This document shows, one piece after another, positions 59,144 to 64,000 of a stretch of 64,000 bases of DNA. The notes under the pieces are model-generated. The model saw nothing but the letters and a program-made list of their open reading frames with translations. It searched no databases and had not been told where the DNA came from. The DNA is from Silvanigrellaceae bacterium (GTDB taxonomy: Bacteria; Bdellovibrionota_B; Oligoflexia; Silvanigrellales; Silvanigrellaceae), in assembly GCA_049423385.1 (NCBI GenBank), contig JBMSQQ010000003.1:1-64000 (forward strand). Reading direction: 5' to 3'. Each line of letters starts with the position of its first letter. The first letter of the stretch is position 1. The position numbers and the translations under genes are program-made.

Positions 59144-60663
59144 TCGCCCTCTTTGAAATCCACCCGGCAGACGTAGTTTCCCATGCATACAACTGTACCA
59201 GAACCCAGCAATCGAGGCTCTGTCGTCAAAACGCCGTTGACTCTGACAACCGCATCCTTCATGGGTACTATCAGGGCCTTACGCTTGCTCAAGACAAATT
59301 TTGCATGCTCACGACTCATGCCTCCACCCTTCAACCGGATGGCCATCGATCTTTTTGATCCAACCAAATTTTCACCCGAAAAAAGTGGAAATACAGCACC
59401 AACTGAAGGACCTTGAATAACGCTCAGCCGGCCATGACACTTTTCGTTGCGAAATGGACAATCCTGAAAATTCTGGGCGACCACGTATGCACAGTCACCA
59501 CAGACGTGAATTTTTCTTCTCAATTGCATCCAAAAGAAAGCACCCGTCAGGGTCAAAAGGACAATCGCCAGTCCAACGGTTGCCAAATCCTTTCTTTTGG
59601 CAGCCTCGGCCAACTGGGCATTGCGGGCAAGCATTTCGGGAGTCGGCAGGGCCGAAAAACCATCAACACGAAAAAAACCGCTTTTCACCACATGGCCATG
59701 ATAACTTGCGTTCAACTCGAAATCGATCACATCCGAGTATGGCTTGACATTGCTCACATCAAATTCGAGCACGTATTCATCGTCAAGATACGAGCGGATG
59801 TTGTTCAATGCGAATGACGGATCGGAGGAGCTGGCAACCTGTGCAATAAACCCTCCGGATTTTTCCACAGCAGAAGAAACAACCCGCGATAATTTTGAAA
59901 CCGGTTGCTGGACATTTTGAGGCTTCATTCTAAGCCAAAACACTCTTGCATTCAGTTTGATGGCATTCGAGAAACAACGTGCCAATTCGGAAAAGCGGAC
60001 GTCTTCACCGGCATCGTCGGTTGAAACGACGATCAAGTTTCTTTGCACCTCCGGCATGCCATCACGAGCAGGTTCCGTGTTGAGATCATCAACTCCCGAG
60101 CACACGGCTGAAGTCAAACCTCTTGCACCCGGGAGGCCAGGTGTATCCAAAATGGCTCGTTGGATTGCGCGTGGATTTTCAGACTGTCCAGGTGCAATCC
60201 AGGCCAGTCGTTTGACGTTGTCTTCGTTACCCATCCGGACCGACAACACGTCCGAACGAAAACCTCCGAGAAATGAAGCGACGGATTTTTTGATTGACTC
60301 TGAAATTTGCTGACCCATATCTGGCTGGGATTCAAAAACGATAACAGTTTCTCGCTGCACCGGCGGAGATCGTGTGGCAACCGTGGCGAGCGAGCGAACA
60401 TCCAATGGTGCATCAGTGGCTTCTTTTGCAAAAAGCCGAAAAGAACGGGCGTCGAGGGTGTTGAGAAGATACCTGCCCTCTGTATCAGATTCATCCAAGA
60501 GCACGAACAGGCGGAGCATGCGTTTATCGAAGACTTCCTTCGACCGGATGTGCAACGTTCTCTTCAATGAAACGCCTTCAGCCGGCGTGGCAGTTTGCGC
60601 ATCAACCCGGGAAGAAACGGCAAGAAGGACAAACAGCTGCAAAACCAGAATGAGTTTTTTCAT
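59140..60663 (-). CDS. Exported vWA-like domain - TM - zinc ribbon - FHA protein
   Basis: Signal peptide; RNLIVVSTDD, SGG, YVLEF vWA-like elements; TM; CGDC...CPF; MSREHA...VNG FHA. Confidence 0.7.
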   Translation of the reverse strand: MKKLILVLQLFVLLAVSSRVDAQTATPAEGVSLKRTLHIRSKEVFDKRMLRLFVLLDESDTEGRYLLNTLDARSFRLFAKEATDAPLDVRSLATVATRSPPVQRETVIVFESQPDMGQQISESIKKSVASFLGGFRSDVLSVRMGNEDNVKRLAWIAPGQSENPRAIQRAILDTPGLPGARGLTSAVCSGVDDLNTEPARDGMPEVQRNLIVVSTDDAGEDVRFSELARCFSNAIKLNARVFWLRMKPQNVQQPVSKLSRVVSSAVEKSGGFIAQVASSSDPSFALNNIRSYLDDEYVLEFDVSNVKPYSDVIDFELNASYHGHVVKSGFFRVDGFSALPTPEMLARNAQLAEAAKRKDLATVGLAIVLLTLTGAFFWMQLRRKIHVCGDCAYVVAQNFQDCPFRNEKCHGRLSVIQGPSVGAVFPLFSGENLVGSKRSMAIRLKGGGMSREHAKFVLSKRKALIVPMKDAVVRVNGVLTTEPRLLGSGTVVCMGNYVCRVDFKEGE

Positions 60664-61454
60664 TTGAAGCTCCTCAAGCGCAACTTCAACGCACCCACCT
60701 GAATGACATCACCATCCTTGACAACACCTGCATCGATCAGAAGTTTTGACCGCAAAATTTGAACGTTTGCCGACACCTGCCTGAGGTACATGCGTTCATT
60801 GGAACACTCGATGCTGAAATGAATCGAATTCAAATTTGAATCGGGAATTGTGATTTCCAGTCCTGGAAGACTACCGATGCGACTCACTCCGGGCATCAGC
60901 CTGAAATCCAGGCCACTCAACTCACCAGACTCGCAAATCAACCAACCAACTGTTGCAGGCTTCACATCGGGAGCGTCGGGAAGTCCCCCCGAACTGGCAG
61001 TCGAAGTTTCGGCGTCTGTCGTTGGTGCGCCCGGATCAAGCTCAAAATAAACGAACTCACCCATGCCCATTCGAACGACATCACAATGCCGCAACGGGCG
61101 TGGATCTTCGCATCGTTCGCCATTGACGAACACTCCTGAGGAACTGCCGAGGTCTTCAAGCATGCAGAGGTGTTCCGTGCTCATGATTTTAGCATGCGTT
61201 CTGCTCACCTCTGGACTTGTGAGCACGATGTCGGAATCCCATCCCGAGCCAACAACAGTTTCACCTTCGGTCAGACGAAAGTCCTCTCCACGATGTACTC
61301 CGTTGGTGCCAATCAACCATGCGAGAGTCCGGTTTGATGCTGACGCTGTGCAATTTTGGCGTGTACTGACGATATGAACAGAAGGATGCAGGGATGAACC
61401 TGGCCTTCGCCATTGCAGCCGGGAGACAAACGAACAGTGATGCTTGTCGACCAT
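60660..61454 (-). CDS. Tandem FHA-domain protein
   Basis: Two (A/G)WL....G...G.DFRL..G...(V/I)GS repeats; VSRTHA, DLGSSSGVFVNG; start uncertain. Confidence 0.8.
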   Translation of the reverse strand: MVDKHHCSFVSRLQWRRPGSSLHPSVHIVSTRQNCTASASNRTLAWLIGTNGVHRGEDFRLTEGETVVGSGWDSDIVLTSPEVSRTHAKIMSTEHLCMLEDLGSSSGVFVNGERCEDPRPLRHCDVVRMGMGEFVYFELDPGAPTTDAETSTASSGGLPDAPDVKPATVGWLICESGELSGLDFRLMPGVSRIGSLPGLEITIPDSNLNSIHFSIECSNERMYLRQVSANVQILRSKLLIDAGVVKDGDVIQVGALKLRLRSFK

Positions 61455-61503
61455 AAGCCTGACCCCAGAAACTCCAAAATTTAATTGGATAATTTGAATA
61501 AAT

Positions 61504-61531
61504 TAAAGTTTAACATGAAAAAATCCGATAG
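61504..61531 (+). promoter_or_regulatory. sigma28 (FliA)-type promoter
   Basis: TAAAGTTT-N12-TCCGATAG, then GGAGGT RBS and ATG 61550. Confidence 0.65.
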
Positions 61532-61549
61532 CGAAACTGGAGGTGTCGG

Positions 61550-62089
61550 ATGAAAATCACGGCAAGTTTGACTTTTCATTTATTGGCTCTGGCTTGTGGT
61601 GTTGCGATTGTCGGCTGCAAGCAGCCTTCCGGCTCCACCACAATGGGTGCTACCGACAGCAATCGGCAAAACCCCGTTGTCCAGAACAACAAAGGAGCAA
61701 CACCAACGCCTTCGACCACATCAAATCAAGTCAGGCAGCTCACGGCTATGGAGTGGTTTTCCAAAAAGAACGTCAGTGTCGAGGAAGCACGCACCGTCGA
61801 CGCGCTATTGCAAAGTGTCGTGGTGTTGGAAAACAAGTCGGGCTCACCCGAATCCCTGGCGCGTTGGGCAGCAGGGGGTATGAAGGTGGCAGTTCTTGAT
61901 GGACAAAACCTTACCAACATTTCCCCTATTTTGGCTTTCAAAAACATCTCGACATTGCACATAACCGGGAACAGGTTCGACCAGTCGCAAATCGATGAGT
62001 TGCTCAAAGGGTTGCCAAAACTCAAGGTTTTGGCCTTGGACAAAGGACTCACTTGCGATGCGAATCCCAAGGTCACCTGTATGTATTGA
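61550..62089 (+). CDS. Lipoprotein with short leucine-rich-repeat region
   Basis: Lipobox IVGC; LTNISPI..FKNISTLHITGN, LPKLKVLAL. Confidence 0.65.
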   Translation: MKITASLTFHLLALACGVAIVGCKQPSGSTTMGATDSNRQNPVVQNNKGATPTPSTTSNQVRQLTAMEWFSKKNVSVEEARTVDALLQSVVVLENKSGSPESLARWAAGGMKVAVLDGQNLTNISPILAFKNISTLHITGNRFDQSQIDELLKGLPKLKVLALDKGLTCDANPKVTCMY

Positions 62090-62138
62090 GCGTTTTTTTT
62101 CAATTTCATGGTTACTGATGTCTAGAGGGAGGGTCGCC

Positions 62139-62696
62139 ATGTTCCGTCGTTCTTTTCTTTCTTTCGGTCTCTGTTTCCTCACCTGTGCCGCGGCACTCGC
62201 CACGGGCTGCGTCAAGAAACTTGATGCGAAACTTGAAAGCACCGAGTCAAACTACACCGTTCAGGACAAGCGAATTTATTTCATCTACGGTCCTCTCATC
62301 CGCTCGATCTCGGTGCGTGACCTTGAAGAATTCGCGACACGCGGAATTGCCAATGGAGACATTGGCAACATCGTCAAGTTTGGCCGACTCGACAGCAATG
62401 TCCTGAGAGCTCAGTTGAGCAAGGAATATCAGCTGGACCTGATTGAGACGACGAACATACTCAACAACTCACTGGGTATTGCCATCCTCACAAAACTTGG
62501 CGAGGCGGTCCATCCCCACCTGACGAAAACCGCCTCGGTTCAAGCGGTGCGCTCAGCCATCATCATGTCACTCCAGGACGACAACAAGCTCACTCCTCTT
62601 GAAGTTCTCAAGAATCTTCCTGTCGACATGGACGTCGAAGTCGAAACAGTCCTTAAAATGAAGGACGAGTTGGCATCAATTTTCATGAAGGGATGA
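62139..62696 (+). CDS. Lipoprotein with DUF1400-like (alpha/beta hydrolase-associated) domain
   Basis: Lipobox LATGC; RIYF.YGPL..SISV.DLE.FA..G, L..LGE.V, AVRSAII, LT.LEVL..LP; GGAGG RBS. Confidence 0.7.
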   Translation: MFRRSFLSFGLCFLTCAAALATGCVKKLDAKLESTESNYTVQDKRIYFIYGPLIRSISVRDLEEFATRGIANGDIGNIVKFGRLDSNVLRAQLSKEYQLDLIETTNILNNSLGIAILTKLGEAVHPHLTKTASVQAVRSAIIMSLQDDNKLTPLEVLKNLPVDMDVEVETVLKMKDELASIFMKG

Positions 62697-62726
62697 GCAG
62701 AATCAAAGGCCGGAATGGTGAGAGTG

Positions 62727-62801
62727 TGGCTGGGGCACTAGGATTCGAACCTAGGAATGACGGAATCAAAATCCGTTGACTTACCACTTGTCGATGCCCC
62801 A
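62727..62801 (-). tRNA. tRNA-Gln(TTG)
   Basis: TGGGGCA/TGCCCCA acceptor stem, ACGGA-TTTTGAT-TCCGT anticodon arm, GTTCGAATC, encoded CCA; TTGACA at 62841-62836 upstream. Confidence 0.95.
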
Positions 62802-62943
62802 ACACACGAGCCGTATATGAAAACGGCCAATTGGTTGTCAAGGGTTCCTAGGGGACTTGCATCCTGATTATTTCCCCCTATTCTTCAGCCCGGATAGAAA
62901 TCCCCGCGATTGCCGTACAAACCTGTCCGCTGGAGAATTTTCG

Positions 62944-64000
62944 ATGCCTCAATCGACTGGAATCCAAAGGGTTCTAAAAAATCTGCTTCCGCGGCACAAG
63001 CGCAAAACGCCCCCAACTCTTGCAGAAGAAATCCCGTTTGGCAGAACCCAGACCGACCATATGCTGATTTGCGACTTTCTTCCGCACAAAGGCGGCTGGC
63101 AGACCCCGGAAATCGTACCCTATGGCACTTTCACACTGACTCCCGATGCCGTCGTCTTCCACTATGGCCAAGAAGTGTTTGAGGGGCTCAAAGCTTATCG
63201 GGATGCCAACAACCCGCAGCAGATTCATCTTTTTCGTCCGGAGCAGAACGCGCGACGGTTTGCCAATTCCGCACTCCGACTTGGCATGCAGCCGGTCCCT
63301 GAAGACTTGTTTCTCCGTTGCGTGAACGAACTGGTTGCCATCGAGCAGGATTGGATCCTGGAATCACCAGGCTCGCTTTACATTCGGCCAACGCTGATCG
63401 GGCTGGACACGGGTGTCTCCTATCGGGCTTCACTGGCCTATCGTTTCTTTGTGATCGTGAGCCCGGCCAAAAACTATTACAAGCGCGAAACCGGTGTCTC
63501 TGTCTATATCGAACGTGAGCACGTGAGGGCCGTTCCTGGTGGCTGCGGCGAGGCCAAGTGTGGTGGCAATTACGCCTCCGCATTGCCTGCTCTCCAGCGT
63601 GCACGCGCCGCCGGAGCCGAGCAGGTCCTGTGGCTCGATGGCATCAAGCGCTCATTCGTTGAAGAAGTCGGCGCGATGAACATCATGTTTGTATATGGCG
63701 ACAAAATAAAAACACCTGCGCTGACTGGAAGCATTCTTCCAGGCGTCACGCGCAGTTCACTTTTGCAATTGGCGCGTCACCTTGGCTACTCGATCGAAGA
63801 AGTTCGCCTCGACATCGCAGACGTCCTGAAAGACATTCGCACTGGAACACTGACGGAAGTTTTCGGGTGCGGAACCGCTGCAGTGATTTCACCCGTCATC
63901 GAGTTTATTGATGGCTCTGAACGGATCGAAATCAATGAAGGCAAAATTGGCAAGGTCAGCCTTCATCTCAAAAAAGCACTGATCGACATTCAGTCGGGCA
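62944..64000 (+). CDS. ilvE: Branched-chain amino acid aminotransferase; runs off window end (absent from ORF track)
   Basis: GGAG RBS, ATG 62944; FG...TDHM, HYGQEVFEGLKAY, LYIRP, AKCGGNY, EEVGAMNI, ILPGVTR, EVFGCGTAAVISPV. Confidence 0.93.
   Translation, partial: MPQSTGIQRVLKNLLPRHKRKTPPTLAEEIPFGRTQTDHMLICDFLPHKGGWQTPEIVPYGTFTLTPDAVVFHYGQEVFEGLKAYRDANNPQQIHLFRPEQNARRFANSALRLGMQPVPEDLFLRCVNELVAIEQDWILESPGSLYIRPTLIGLDTGVSYRASLAYRFFVIVSPAKNYYKRETGVSVYIEREHVRAVPGGCGEAKCGGNYASALPALQRARAAGAEQVLWLDGIKRSFVEEVGAMNIMFVYGDKIKTPALTGSILPGVTRSSLLQLARHLGYSIEEVRLDIADVLKDIRTGTLTEVFGCGTAAVISPVIEFIDGSERIEINEGKIGKVSLHLKKALIDIQSG

Noticed and set aside
62697..62943. Integrative element at tRNA-Gln (or at tRNA-Gly)
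   Set aside because: No integrase and no duplicated tRNA 3' end noticed in the window
62910..63604. Short ORFs listed near the window end
   Set aside because: Explained by ilvE (62944 to beyond 64000), which the ORF track omits because it has no stop in the window

Overview
Gene-dense bacterial chromosomal window with no CRISPR array, rRNA, integrase or transposase recognised. Gene content (polA, tatC, lysS, flgMNKL, many lipoproteins, S8 and S1-like proteases, lytic transglycosylases, FHA proteins, DUF6209-like protein) suggests a motile Bdellovibrionota/Oligoflexia-like or other delta-type organism; this is inference, not a placement. The window holds housekeeping genes, a composite metal-ABC operon, three tRNAs (Tyr-GTA, Gly-TCC, Gln-TTG), a small GDP-perosamine/LPS cluster, and a large envelope region (Lol-like ABC/LolA-like operon; AsmA/YdbH-like bridge + lipoprotein + TolB/TPR + cytochrome c operon). 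Most notable: (1) an 859-aa lipoprotein with trypsin-like catalytic motifs (SAHC...D...GDSG) spread over about 690 residues; (2) a translationally coupled FHA-FHA / vWA-TM-FHA / FHA-TM-lytic transglycosylase operon with degenerate phosphothreonine-binding Arg positions; (3) a recurring sigma28-like promoter motif ahead of four secreted lipoproteins and flgM, and a consensus sigma54 promoter ahead of a lipoprotein lambda-R-type muramidase; (4) an in-frame fusion of a MacB-type permease with a ZnuA/TroA binding protein; (5) a lysS broken by loss of about 40 conserved codons plus a frameshift. Family assignments come from motif recognition by eye, not database searches.
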